A DNA stretch of 64,000 nucleotides from an uncultured Gemmatimonadales bacterium (GTDB lineage: Bacteria; Gemmatimonadota; Gemmatimonadetes; Gemmatimonadales; Gemmatimonadaceae). The stretch is from the NCBI GenBank assembly GCA_963707505.1, contig CAVPQB010000004.1, forward strand, positions 1,280,001 to 1,344,000. The letters run 5' to 3'. The position numbers were made by a program, and so were the translations under genes. How positions within the stretch are numbered: the stretch's first letter is position 1; every line of letters begins with the position of its first letter. The notes beneath the pieces were generated by a model that ran no database searches, was not told where the DNA came from, and saw only the letters and a list, made by a program, of their open reading frames with translations. Shown piece by piece: positions 31,049 through 42,427 of the stretch.

Positions 31049-33906
31049 TAGCTCCCCTGCCCGCCTCCACTCTGGCGGCCGGAATAGTTCTCGAAGCGGG
31101 TGTACTGCCGATTGAAGAACAACGTGACGTTCCCCGTAGGCCCGTTGCGCTGCTTTCCAATAATTACCTCGGCGAGTCCCTGCGAGGTTTTCCCATCCTT
31201 GTCGGGTACACTCGGATCCTTGCCTTCCAGAACGTCGTAATACTCCTGCCGGTAGAGAAACATGACGACGTCGGCGTCCTGCTCGATGGCACCCGACTCA
31301 CGCAGATCGGACAGTTGCGGACGCTTGTTGTCGCCCGCTCGCTGCTCCGGCGCGCGACTCAGCTGTGACAGCGCGATGACCGGTACCCGCAGCTCGCGCG
31401 CAAGCGCCTTGAGCGAGCGCGATATGGTGCTGATCTCCTGCTGTCTGTTTTCCGATGAGGCCGGCCCCTGCATCAACTGAAGGTAGTCGACGACGATCAT
31501 TCCAATGTCGTTCTCGGCTTTGAGTCGCCGCGCCTTGGATCGCATCTCGAGCAGCGAGATCGCTGGCGTGTCGTCGATCCACACCGGCGCCTGACTCAGA
31601 AGACCGGCCGCGCGTCCGAGCTGCACGAACTCGTCGTCGCGCAGCTTGCCCTTGCGCAGGCGCTGTGCATCGACGCGCGCCTCGCTCGTGAGCATGCGTT
31701 GCAGCAGCGACTGCTTGCTCATCTCGAGCGAGAAGAATGCGACAGGAGTCTTCGCGTCGAGCGCTGCGTTCTGTGCGATATTGAGGACGAAGGCGGTATT
31801 GTGCACGCAGATGTCGTTCGCGACGAAGTTGTGCGAATTCGGAATCGTTAGGTCATACACCTGCTTCATTCCCACCGGCTCGATCGAAACGATCTCGTCC
31901 CAATAAACCTCACTCTCAGCCAGCGCTGTCAGCTGCTCATCCGCGAGAGGCCTCGCAAGTGACGCCCACGATTCTGTTTGCTTCGACGTGCCGATGCGAG
32001 ACCAGATTGCCGCAGGTATGAGATCTCGATTGGTCTGGTAACGCCGCATGCGTACCGCGGCGACGGCGCGCGCAAGGCGCTCCTCCTTGCCAAACATCCC
32101 GATCTCAGCGGCGAAACGCTCGATGGCGCGCGCATCCGTAATATCGATCTGCCATGCCTCGCGCCTCTCATTCCGATACTTCACGCTTCTGCGACGAAGC
32201 GCGGCGATGATTCCGAAACGAAGCAGCAGATGCTGAACCTGACGCGCCATGCGCTCGCTCGCCGAAGCATAGCCGAGCTGCGCCTGCCCTGACGCTAGCA
32301 CAGTTGCCCAACCGTCCGTCGCAAAGAGCCGATTCAGAAACAGTGAAACCTGTTCCTTCGGTAGCGTGAATACCATTCGTGGGATGTGCTTGCCGCGCGC
32401 GTCGGCACCGTAAATGCCGAGTTCACCAAGCCAGCTTGTAACGGTGTTCGGGATCCGTCCGTGGAGGGCGCGAACGCCACCAAGAGCGAGATCTGCAGGT
32501 TCAGTGTCGAGAAAATCGCACAACTCGGCGAACGCATCCGTGGATGGTGCGCCGTGACCGGACTTCCAGTAGGAGACTGACGCGGTGCTCACTGCCAAGT
32601 CCGCGGCCACGCTCGCGCCTGATCGTCCGCCTGCCCGCATTGTCGCCGTCAGCCGCGACGAAAACTCCGCGCGCGCGCCGGCTGTTGCCTGCGAATCACG
32701 ACGTATGCGGACGGTCGGAGTGCGGTTCGACGATACGCAATTGCTTACGACGCCACCACCGAACTCATTCACGGCAACTGCAAAATCGCGCAGCAGTACA
32801 GGATTCGCGTTTGTGAAGCGCGGCGGGCCGCCCGTTATGGTTCCATCTCCTAGCAGGTATCCAAGCAGCTTCACTTCGCACGACCGCGCTGCTTTGGTAC
32901 CGAACACGCCGATTTCACGCGGGACAGCGATGGAATCGCCCTCGGAGAGTTCGCCGAGCGGCTGCCATCCACTGATTGTGCGGAATGGATGCGTGATGGT
33001 GGTTTCGATCCGGCGACCAAGACGCGTCGTCACGCGGAATACCGGCTTCAGACCGTCATCGATGTAAGCCGACGGCTCTATCAGGTTGAACTTCCAGCGC
33101 GAGTCATCCAGGGTAAGCATCCTTTGACGCGCGCCCTTGAATATGGTCTCAATCGTCTCGACGCTCCCGTCCTCCAGCACGATCTCGGAATCATGAGCGA
33201 GGCACTTCCCCATCGACGGTCTCGCCGCAATGATCACCAGCTCCGATGGCTGGAATCCCGCCGTCAGCTCATCCAGATCGTGGAACCCGCTCGGCACCCC
33301 TGTGACAGACTCGCCCGCAAGATGAAGCTGCTCGATGCGCTCCATCGCTTCGTACATCAACTCCTTGACGCGCGTGAAGCCCTCGGTGCCGCGGCTCTGA
33401 TTCACTTCGAAGATGCTGTGCTCCGCGGCATCCAGCAGCTCTGCAGCCGGCAGCGCCGAGTCGAACGCCTCGCTCACGATCGCGGTCGAGACTTCGATGA
33501 GCCGGCGACGCAGCGCCTTCTCGCGCACGATCTTCGCGTGGTATTCCACGTTCGCCGCAGTCGGTACGACGTCGACGAGATAGGCGATGTACTCGCGGCC
33601 GCCCGCGGCTTCGAGCTCGTTCTTGCGCGAGAGCTCTTCCGTCAGCGTGAGTGGATCGATTACCTCGCCACGCTCCGACAGCGCGAGCATCGCACGAAAG
33701 ACGCGACGATGCGACTCGCGATAAAACATCGATTCGTCGACATACTCCGTCGCGCGCAGCAGCGCCTCGGCGTCGAGCAGCATCGCCGACAACACCGCCT
33801 GCTCGGCGGCTTCGGAATACGGCGGCGTCCGGTCGCGATAGGGATCGCGGCCAGCGCTTACTTCATGACTTCGAGGAGTCGAGTACGTGTCTAGCGAGCT
33901 TGACAT
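31048..33906 (-). CDS. dnaB: Replicative DNA helicase containing an intein; start uncertain
   Basis: PPYSEAAEQAVL, ARPSMGK|TAF, FSLEM, DYLQL, LSQLSR, DLRESGAIEQDAD, KQRNGPTG. Confidence 0.96.
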   Translation of the reverse strand: MSSSLDTYSTPRSHEVSAGRDPYRDRTPPYSEAAEQAVLSAMLLDAEALLRATEYVDESMFYRESHRRVFRAMLALSERGEVIDPLTLTEELSRKNELEAAGGREYIAYLVDVVPTAANVEYHAKIVREKALRRRLIEVSTAIVSEAFDSALPAAELLDAAEHSIFEVNQSRGTEGFTRVKELMYEAMERIEQLHLAGESVTGVPSGFHDLDELTAGFQPSELVIIAARPSMGKCLAHDSEIVLEDGSVETIETIFKGARQRMLTLDDSRWKFNLIEPSAYIDDGLKPVFRVTTRLGRRIETTITHPFRTISGWQPLGELSEGDSIAVPREIGVFGTKAARSCEVKLLGYLLGDGTITGGPPRFTNANPVLLRDFAVAVNEFGGGVVSNCVSSNRTPTVRIRRDSQATAGARAEFSSRLTATMRAGGRSGASVAADLAVSTASVSYWKSGHGAPSTDAFAELCDFLDTEPADLALGGVRALHGRIPNTVTSWLGELGIYGADARGKHIPRMVFTLPKEQVSLFLNRLFATDGWATVLASGQAQLGYASASERMARQVQHLLLRFGIIAALRRRSVKYRNERREAWQIDITDARAIERFAAEIGMFGKEERLARAVAAVRMRRYQTNRDLIPAAIWSRIGTSKQTESWASLARPLADEQLTALAESEVYWDEIVSIEPVGMKQVYDLTIPNSHNFVANDICVHNTAFVLNIAQNAALDAKTPVAFFSLEMSKQSLLQRMLTSEARVDAQRLRKGKLRDDEFVQLGRAAGLLSQAPVWIDDTPAISLLEMRSKARRLKAENDIGMIVVDYLQLMQGPASSENRQQEISTISRSLKALARELRVPVIALSQLSRAPEQRAGDNKRPQLSDLRESGAIEQDADVVMFLYRQEYYDVLEGKDPSVPDKDGKTSQGLAEVIIGKQRNGPTGNVTLFFNRQYTRFENYSGRQSGGGQGS
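31798..33204 (-). mobile_element. 469-aa intein with LAGLIDADG homing endonuclease, inserted in the DnaB Walker A motif
   Basis: Starts CLAHDSEIV right after GK; block B TITH; LLGYLLGDG and FLNRLFATDG; block F VYDLTIPNSHNFVAN; ends VHN followed by Thr. Confidence 0.95.
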
Positions 33907-34832
33907 CTTCCCAGGTTGGTCGCTTCCAGGCGGGGTTTCTCAGTAACGCGGCGGGGTGATACGTGACGATGAGCGGAATTCCATAGTACCGGTGCACGGC
34001 ACCACGGAGCTTGCCGATTGGCGTCTTTGTCTCCAGTAGAGTTTGCGCCGCGAACGTCCCGAGCGCCAGAATGACTTTCGGCTTGATCATCTGTATCTGG
34101 CGTACGAGATAGGGGCTGCAAGCCTCCACTTCGTTCGGCGCCGGATTGCGATTTCCCGGGGGACGGTGCTTCAAAACGTTGGTGATGAACACCTGATCGC
34201 GAGTCAGGTCGATGGCCGCAAGAATCTTTGTGAGGAGCCCTCCCGCCTGCCCCACGAACGGTTGTCCGGTCTCATCCTCGTTCGCGCCAGGAGCCTCACC
34301 CACGCACATGAAGTCGGCGGTCTGATCGCCGGTACCGGGGACGGCATTCTTGGCCGTCTTGTACAGCGGACAACGCGTACACTCTTCGATCAGCTTGGCA
34401 AGCGAGTTGATCGACCTGACATTGTGAAATGGATTCTGCTCGAACAGCGTTCCATTGGCATTCCCGACAATGAGTCCCTGCTTCTCCGTCTTGATCGCCT
34501 CGTCCCCCGCCTCGGATTGCGTCCGCTGCGTCAGCTGCGTTCGGCGACTCCTCGTGCACTTCCGGGACCCGATCCGCGACATGGGCAGGTGCAACAGGCC
34601 GTGCGTCTCGCTGCACAGTTGGCCGAGCAACGCGGGGCGCCGGGGAAGCCTCCACCGGACGGGACGGCTGCTGCGGACGAGCAGCCTGCGGCGGCCTTGC
34701 AGGCACTGTCGATCGAAGCTTGTCGATCGCGCTCAACGCCTCATCGATGCTCATGCTGTCCAGCACGAACTCCGACTCGCCGAGCTCGCGACGCTGCTCG
34801 AGATACGCGCGCAGCCGCTCCCTACCGTCCAT
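33863..34832 (-). CDS. Uracil-DNA glycosylase family 4; frameshift in the linker near 34520
   Basis: CTRCPL, VGEAPG, PFVGQAG, NVLKHRPPGNR, TYHPAALLR; N-terminus in ORF 34296..34832. Confidence 0.9.
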
Positions 34833-36025
34833 TCAGCAATACCTCGATTCTGTCGAGCAGTGACTCCGCTACGTCGTCCTTCGACATTAGCGGAAGAACT
34901 TCCTCTCCATTCGCCGAGACGAAGCGTCACGCGATTGGTGTCGGCGCCGAATCCCTCACCCGCTACGCCGGCGCGGTTCGCCACGATCATGTCGAGCTGC
35001 TTGGCCGCAAGCTTCGCGCGCGCATTGTCGATCACAGATTGTGTCTCCAGCGCAAATCCGACGGTCACAAGCCTTGCGGGCCGATTTGCAATCGTCGAGG
35101 CGAGTATGTCCGTCGTGGCAGTCAGCGGGATGGACGATGGCGCGTGTGCCTTCTTGATCTTCTCGGCCGCAACTTCCGCGGGGCGAAAATCGGAGGGAGC
35201 GGCGGCCATTATCAGCGCGTCGGCATTTTTTATCGCGACGTTCACTGCAGACGACATCTCTGCGGTGCTCGCGACGCGCACGGCGTGCACGCCGGCAGGA
35301 ACAGGAACTTCGATCGCGCCTGCAATCAGTGTCACATCCGCGCCACGCGCCCACGCTGCGCGCGCAATCGCGATGCCCATTCTTCCGGTGCTGTGATTGG
35401 AGATGAACCGCACCGGATCGATCGCCTCGCGGGTCGATCCTGCAGTGACGACGATACGCTTTCCGGCGAGTGCGGATCCACCACGCAACGCGCGCTCGAC
35501 GTGCGCCGCAATAGCATCAGGCTCGGGCATCCGACCCGGGCCCTCACCCTCGTCGAACGCAAGCGGACCGGTCGCGGGCTCGATCACGTCATAGCCGATC
35601 TCGCGCAGGTGTTGTGCGTTCAGCACGGTCTGCCTGTGCGACCACATCCTGTCGTTCATCGCGGGCACGATGAGTACGGGACAACGCGCCGCGAGCAACA
35701 TTGCGCAGAGAAGATCATCGGCGCGTCCGTGCGCCGCGCGCGCAAGAAAATCGGCTGTGGCTGGCGCCACGACGATGACTTGCGCTTCGCGCGCCAGTCG
35801 AATGTGCGCGAGTGCCTCACCCGATTCGAAAAGATCGCTGTGAACGCGGCGTCCAGTCACGCCCTCGAACGTAACGGCGCCCACGAACTGCTGGGCGCCG
35901 CGGGTCATCACGACGTCGACTTCGGCTCCGTCCTGCGCCAGAAGGCGCGCCAGCGACACCGACTTGTAGCTGGCGATCCCTCCGGTGACGCCGAGTACGA
36001 CGCGCCGTCCCCGGATGTCGCGCAG
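34822..36025 (-). CDS. coaBC: Phosphopantothenoylcysteine decarboxylase/ligase; frameshift near 34924
   Basis: VVLGVTGGIASYK, APATA, PAMN..MW, GRMPE, IDPVRFISN.STG.MG, VGFALET; C-terminus PLMSKDDVA..LLDRI in the adjacent frame. Confidence 0.93.
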
Positions 36026-36027
36026 TG

Positions 36028-36237
36028 CTACTCCTGCCGGCGGCGGGGAACTACGTGGTAATCGATCTCGCCACCCGCGAGCTCCTCGAGCGCACGCGTG
36101 GTGAGCTTCTTCTCGCCCGGCGCCGAGCGGTCGCGCGGGAACTCGTTGAGAACGCGCGCAAACTTGGCCGCGACGAGAACGCCGAGGTACTTGTTCGTCG
36201 CGTGCGCCGCAACGTCATCGGGTGTATAGACTCTCAT
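36028..36237 (-). CDS. rpoZ: RNA polymerase omega subunit
   Basis: NKYLGVLVAAKFAR, K.TT.ALEEL..G.I; gmk-rpoZ-coaBC synteny. Confidence 0.88.
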   Translation of the reverse strand: MRVYTPDDVAAHATNKYLGVLVAAKFARVLNEFPRDRSAPGEKKLTTRALEELAGGEIDYHVVPRRRQE

Positions 36238-36249
36238 TAACAGACTCTC

Positions 36250-36885
36250 CTAAAAATGAAGCAGCTCCGCCTCGAGCGCGGATACCGTCTCAGCCGCGAT
36301 GCGTGCGCTCTGGGGTGAATTCACCCGCTTGAGGCATTCCGCATCGATGATGCACGAGACCTGCGCGACCGCGCGTTCCAACTCGTCGTTGACAACGACG
36401 TATTCGAACTCGCCAATCACCCCGATCTCGCCGATGGCGTCGCGCAACCGCGTCGCTATCGTCGCACTGTCCTCCGTACCGCGATCCTTCAATCTCGCCA
36501 CCAGCGTTTCGCCAGACGGCGGCAGAACGAAGATCCGAACAGCATCAGGAAACGACGCGGAAAACTGCATCGCACCCTGCACGTCTATGTCCATCACGAC
36601 GTTGCGGTGCGAAGCTACAACCCGCTCCACTTCCCGCCGCAACGTGCCGTACATGTTGCCGTGCACTCTCGCGTATTCTGCGAACTCACCGTTCCGAACG
36701 GATTGCTCGAACTGTTCGGCGCTCAGAAAGTGGTACGCCACGCCATCAACTTCTCCCGGCCGCGGCGCACGCGTGGTCGCCGATACCGAGTATCCAATAT
36801 CTTTCCTTACTTCGAGCAACCGCCTCGCGATCGTGGTCTTGCCCGCGCCCGAAGGCGCCGAAAGAATGACCGGGAAACACCTCAC
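36250..36885 (-). CDS. gmk: Guanylate kinase
   Basis: SAPSGAGKTT, SATTRAPRPGE, YGT, DIDVQG. Confidence 0.96.
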   Translation of the reverse strand: MRCFPVILSAPSGAGKTTIARRLLEVRKDIGYSVSATTRAPRPGEVDGVAYHFLSAEQFEQSVRNGEFAEYARVHGNMYGTLRREVERVVASHRNVVMDIDVQGAMQFSASFPDAVRIFVLPPSGETLVARLKDRGTEDSATIATRLRDAIGEIGVIGEFEYVVVNDELERAVAQVSCIIDAECLKRVNSPQSARIAAETVSALEAELLHF

Positions 36886-37785
36886 TCGACGTTCTCACTC
36901 TGCTCGCGCAATCGCTCGAGCTCTTCCTTGATTGCGACAACGTCGGTCAGGATCGCCGCGTCGCTCGCCTTGCTTCCTGTGGTGTTGGCCTCGCGCAGCA
37001 TTTCCTGAATCAGAAAGCCTAGCCGCTTGCCGACACCAGCGTCACGCTTTTCGCCGAGAGCCGCCCGGAAGGCCGCGATGTGCGCGCCGAACCGGTTGAG
37101 CTCTTCCGACACGTCCATCCGATCCGCAAGAATCGCGATCTCCTGCGCCAGTCGCTGCGGATCCACCGCGACTCCGCCGGCCAACTCTGCAACCGCGGTC
37201 TGCAACCGGTTGCGCTGCTCGATCAATCTTGCCGGTGCCCGCTCGCGGATCCGCGCAAGCGCATCCTCGATGATTCGCAGGTGCTCGTGCAGAAACTCCG
37301 AGATCCGTGCGCCTTCGGCATCACGCATCCCGTCCAGTCCGTTCGCAGCGTCGTGCACGATCGCCAGCAACTGCTCGGCGTTTCCATCCGCCGCATCGCC
37401 GTCGCCACTCTCGTTGCCACTCTCGTCGCCTGCCGCGGTGATCACGTCGGGAAGCCGCATCACCGTCGCAACGTCGACGTCGCCAGCAAGACCCAGTCGA
37501 TCCTTCAGCGCCCGAAGCTGCTGTACGTACGCAGCAACGCGCTCCTCGTCGATCGCGAGCGCCACGATCGCCTTCCCGCTCGATCCGCGCCGTCAGCGAC
37601 ACGTGGCCGCGGCTGAACCGCTTGCGCAGCGCCTCGCGAACGTCGCCCTCCCAACGCGCCATTGCGCCCGGGAGCTTGATCGATGGATTGAAGAAACGAT
37701 GGTTGACCGCGCGGATCTCGACGGAGACGCGTTGCGCGCCAACCGTCCCGTCAGCGATCCCGAAACCGGTCATGCTCGTGATCAT
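36882..37785 (-). CDS. yicC: YicC/YloC family endoribonuclease; frameshift near 37575
   Basis: MITSMTGFG, EIRAVNHRF (ORF 37321..37785) plus DVSEELNR, GKRLGFLIQEMLREANTTGSK, REQSENVE. Confidence 0.93.
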
Positions 37786-37845
37786 GTGCAGCCTACTAAG
37801 TTATTACACCGCAACGACTTTGTCAAATTTTGAGGAGCCGTCTGA

Positions 37846-39679
37846 TCAGTTGAAGAAGTACCATCTCACCCCGTACACATTCACCGGCCGCGGCATCAGA
37901 TAACCCGGCACCTGGTCGTAAATCGCACCCACCAGATTCCGCCGCTGGAACGACAGCACCCCACGCAGAATCCGCAGCTCCACCAGCACCGACAACACCC
38001 GGCTCGGCGACGCCAGTCTGTCAGTTCCATCCGATTGCGGGAATGGCGCCGAGCTACGGTAATCGATTCCAGGCTGAATCAGGAACGAGAAGTTCCGGTT
38101 GGGAAAGCGCGACAGCCACTCCGTGTAGAAACGGATGTCGGCGTGCGCCTCGGTCTGCGGCGTGTATGCGGCCACGTGCTGCCAGTGCGTGTAGGTCGCG
38201 TCAGCGCTCAGACCCCCGATGATCGGCCCCTGAAGGCCGACGATCGTGCCCGTCTGGCGGCCAACGGGCTGCGCGACGAACGCCGTGTCCCACAATGCCG
38301 AAGGCACCAACACCGCCGTGTCTCTGGTCACGACGCCGCCCGTGACCCACAGGCCCGCAGGCAGTACCCGGAGGCCACCCTCGAACCGCGCGCTTCGCGA
38401 GTCAGGCTGCTTGATGAACCCGATCGCCGGTGTGCCGAACGCAGTGCGCTGGCCCACGTAGCCGAGCAGCGAGATGAACGGCAGCGGAGTAAGCCGCGCG
38501 CCGCCCTCCACGCGCGTCAAACCGGCATACTCGTCACGCTCGGCCATCGCGCTCGCCGACAAGAACGTGTGCGTGAGATCGAACGTAGCGCTGGGCGAGT
38601 TGTATCCCTTGCCAAGCCGCGTCCTGTAGCGCTCGATGAGTCTGAGACGACCTCCCGCGGCGTCCATCCCAAGCGTCGCTACGTATTGGGTGGCGGACGC
38701 GAGCGAGTCGACCGTGTCCGGCGCGAATCCATACGTGCGCGCAGTAGTCGAATCGTAGTGCGGACTGTTCTCCTTGAGAATCTGCGTCGACGCTACAAGC
38801 TGCAGAAATGGCCCGCTTCCTTCACGGCCGATTGCGGCGCGAAGATAGCCGATGGTGTTTGCGGATCGGTAACCGGGAAGTGCCGGGCCGAAACCGAAGC
38901 GACCTGTAACCGTGCGCGTGTCGTTGCTGCGAATTGCAGTCGCGTCGAGACTCCATGAATGGTGCGCGATTCCGTATCGCACCATCCCGCCAAAGTCCTG
39001 GCCCGCCTCCGCCGTTACGAAGATCGGTAACGCCGAACTGCTGCAACGCGACCTGAAGGCCTGCACCGTTGTAGAAGCGCTTACCGTAATACGCGCGATA
39101 CAGATTGGTATTCAGATCACCAGTCAGCGCATCGACGCGCGTGTACGGTGTGGTCTGATCGTATTCCCACGTGCGCATGTCGATGCGCAATCCGTTGGCG
39201 CCTCGCGCGAGCGAGAGCTTCTCGAGCGTCCATAGCGGAACGGAATGCAGATCTGGTGCAACGCCATTGCGCGGCTCAAGATCATCACGCTCGATACCGT
39301 CGAGGAATACGCGCACGCGACTGAAATCACCGCCGAACGCGGTTGCCTGCGGTGCGGCGAGCCAGCCTGTACGAAATGTCGTGAATCCAGGTATGCGATC
39401 GAGCAGATCGCCGAGCGTGAGCGCGCCGGTAGCGAAGAGCGCGTCGCGATCGTACGTGAACGCCTGCCCGATTTCGAGTGACGGCATCACATCATCCCGG
39501 CCGAAGCGCGCCTGCACGCTGTCGGCGTGCTGCGGTTTGGGCGGCGCGTCTTCCGGCGCGTTACGGACGGTGTCGCGTGGAAGCCCCTGCGCATTCGCGG
39601 CGACCGCCGGCACAGCAGCCATCATCGCGGTGCACGCCGCTGCGATCAGCGCACGCCGCGCGAGGCTAAACGACATCAA
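37846..39679 (-). CDS. Outer-membrane protein with a TonB-plug-like N-terminus; frameshift near 39000
   Basis: GALTLGDLLDRIPG, VFLDG plug-like motifs; beta-strand pattern ending GVRWYFFN. Confidence 0.7.
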
Positions 39680-41164
39680 CGAGCGCAGCGCGCGCGCAGG
39701 AATTCCACGAACGTCCCGACCGGCACGCCCGTTGGCCCCTTGGGAATGAAGCCGAGGTCCGATTCGGAATACGCAGTGCCAGCAACGTCGAGGTGGACCC
39801 AGGGATATTCTTCCGCGAATTCGCGCAGAAATGCCGCCGCCGTGATCGCTCCAGCAGGCCTGCCACCGGAATTCTTGATATCCGCGACGTCGGACTTGAT
39901 CAGATCCGTATAGTCATCCCAGAGCGGCAGCTGCCACCCGCGCTCACCAGCGCGATCGGCAGCGACGAGCACTTCGTCGACGAGCGATTGATTGGTGCCG
40001 AACACGCCGGTCGCCGTGTGGCCCAGCGCGATGACGCACGCGCCCGTGAGTGTCGCCGCGTCGATGACTGCTGACGGCTTGAATCGCCGCACATACGACA
40101 GAAGATCGGCAAGTACCAGCCGCCCTTCGGCGTCGGTGTTCACGATCTCGATGTACTTGCCGAGCTGACTGCGCACGACGTCGCCCGGATTCATTGCCGT
40201 GCCGGACGGCATGTTGGTCGTAGCACCAAAGACTCCGATGACATTGATCGGAAGCTTCATGCGGCCGACGACTTCCATCGCGCCGATGACGCCGCCCGCG
40301 CCACTCATGTCGAACTTCATCCACTCCATGCCGGCAGCCGGTTTGATCGAGATACCGCCTGAGTCGAAACACAGTCCCTTGCCGACGAGCACGACGGGAG
40401 CATCGCTGTCCTTGCCGCCGCGATGCTCGATCGCAACGAGACGAGGCTCCTGCGGCGTGCCCTGCGCGACGGCGAGGAACGATCCCATCTTCTCCGCTTC
40501 CAGTCCTCGGCGATCCGAGCTCCGTGTAACGCATCCCGTGGCGGGTCGCGAGGTCGCGCGCTGTTGCGGCGAGCAGATCCGGTGTGCAGATGTTACCGGG
40601 TGTCATGCCGAGCGTGCGCGCGAGCGATACACCCGCGCCAATGGCATTGCCGGCGTCGAGTGCGGATTGCGTTTCGGGCGTTGCCGGAGCGAAGATCGTT
40701 GCGGATGTTACCGGTGCCTTTCTATCTGCTTCGGGCGGTGGTGTTTTCGTATCGAGATACTGCCACGCGCCGGCGTGAAGACCCGCCGCGAGCGCTTCGA
40801 TCTGCGTGGGCACGAACGAGTCACCGGTGATCGCGACGGATCCCGTCCCCGACTTGCCGGCGGTGCGGGCCGCGAGCGACGCTGCCCTGCGCAGCGCATG
40901 TAAGGTTGCGGGTGCAGATCCGATGCCGATGAGCGCAACGCGCCGAGGACCGGAAGCCACCCCGCTCAGAAAGAGAACCTCGTCGCACGATCCGCGAAAG
41001 TCGCGATTGCGAAGTGCCGTTGTGATCGCGCTTCCCATCGCGTTGTCGAGTTTCGCGAGAGTTGCGGGAACCGACGCGCCGGAGGTGAGCGCAACGAAGA
41101 GAACCGGAATTTGCGCTGATGCAGCGTCCGCACCCGACAGCGCGACGGCGAATGAACTGGCCAC
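39676..41164 (-). CDS. pepA: Leucyl aminopeptidase (M17); frameshift near 40510
   Basis: VGKGLCFDSGG, MKFDMSGA, NTDAEGRL, ATLTGA, HLDVAG; GTG 41164 with AGGAG RBS. Confidence 0.93.
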
Positions 41165-41184
41165 GGTAATTGCTCCTTTCGCCG

Positions 41185-42427
41185 TTATGCGCGCATGCCG
41201 CTGATGATCGCGTCGCCGAAGCCGGACGTCGAAACTTCCGTCGCCCCGGGCATCTGGCGCGCGAGGTCGTACGTCACCGTGCGTGACTTGATCGCATTCT
41301 CCATCCCGCGCACGATGAGCGCGCCGGCCTCGCCCCAACCCATGTGGTCCAGCATCATCACGCCGGAAAGGATCACGCTTCCGGGGTTGATCTTGTTGAG
41401 GCCGGCGTACTTGGGCGCCGTTCCGTGCGTCGCTTCGAACACCGCGACACCGTCGCCGACGTTCCCGCCGGGTGCGATCCCGAGTCCGCCAACCTGCGCA
41501 GCGGCGGCGTCGGAGAGATAATCGCCGTTCAGGTTCGGCGTCGCGATGACGGAATATTCCGCCGGCCGCAGCAATAGCTGCTGGAACATGGAATCAGCGA
41601 TGCGGTCACCTGACGACGATCTTTCCGGATCGGCTCGCGCCCTTGAGATCGGCTTCGGTGACAGTCTGCGCCGCGTACTTCTCGCGAGCGACTTCGTAAC
41701 CCCAGTCGCGGAACGCACCTTCGGTGAACTTCATGATGTTGCCCTTGTGCACCAGCGTCACCGATGGCCTCGTCGTTGGCGACGGCGTACGACAGCGCCA
41801 TATCCACCAGGCGCTTGCGACCCGAACTTGCTCATCGGCTTGATGCCGATCGCAGAATTCTCGCGGATGTTGGCGCCAAACGAGTCGTGCAGAAAATCGC
41901 GCAGCTTGGTTCGCTTCAGCGGATCCGGCCTTGTACTCGATGCCCGCGTAAACGTCTTCGGTGTTCTCGCGGAAAATCACCACGTTCACTTTCTCGGGCT
42001 CCTTGACCGGAGCACCGACGCCCTCGAAGTAGCGCACTGGACGGATGCACGCGTAAAGATCCAGCACCTGGCGCAGCGTGACGTTGAGCGAGCGGATACC
42101 GCCGCCCACCGGCGTCGTCAGTGGACCCTTGATCGAGACTCTGAACTCCGCGAACGCGTCTACCGTTTCATCCGGGAGCCAGCTGTTGAAGGCCTTGAAG
42201 GACTTCTCGCCGGCAAAGACTTCCATCCACGCAATGCGTCGCTCGCCGCCATAAGCCTTCTCCACCGCCGCGTCGAAGACCCGCACGGAGGCGGCCCAGA
42301 TGTCGGCGCCGGTGCCGTCGCCCTCGATGAACGGGATGATCGGATTGTTCGGCACCTGGAGGGCGCCGCCGGCATAGCCGATTCGCTCGCCGTTGGCGGG
42401 AACCGTTGCGTGCTTGTACGTGGCCAT
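41185..42427 (-). CDS. icd: NADP-dependent isocitrate dehydrogenase; several indels between 41600 and 41910
   Basis: [64 protein letters not shown]. Confidence 0.95.
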
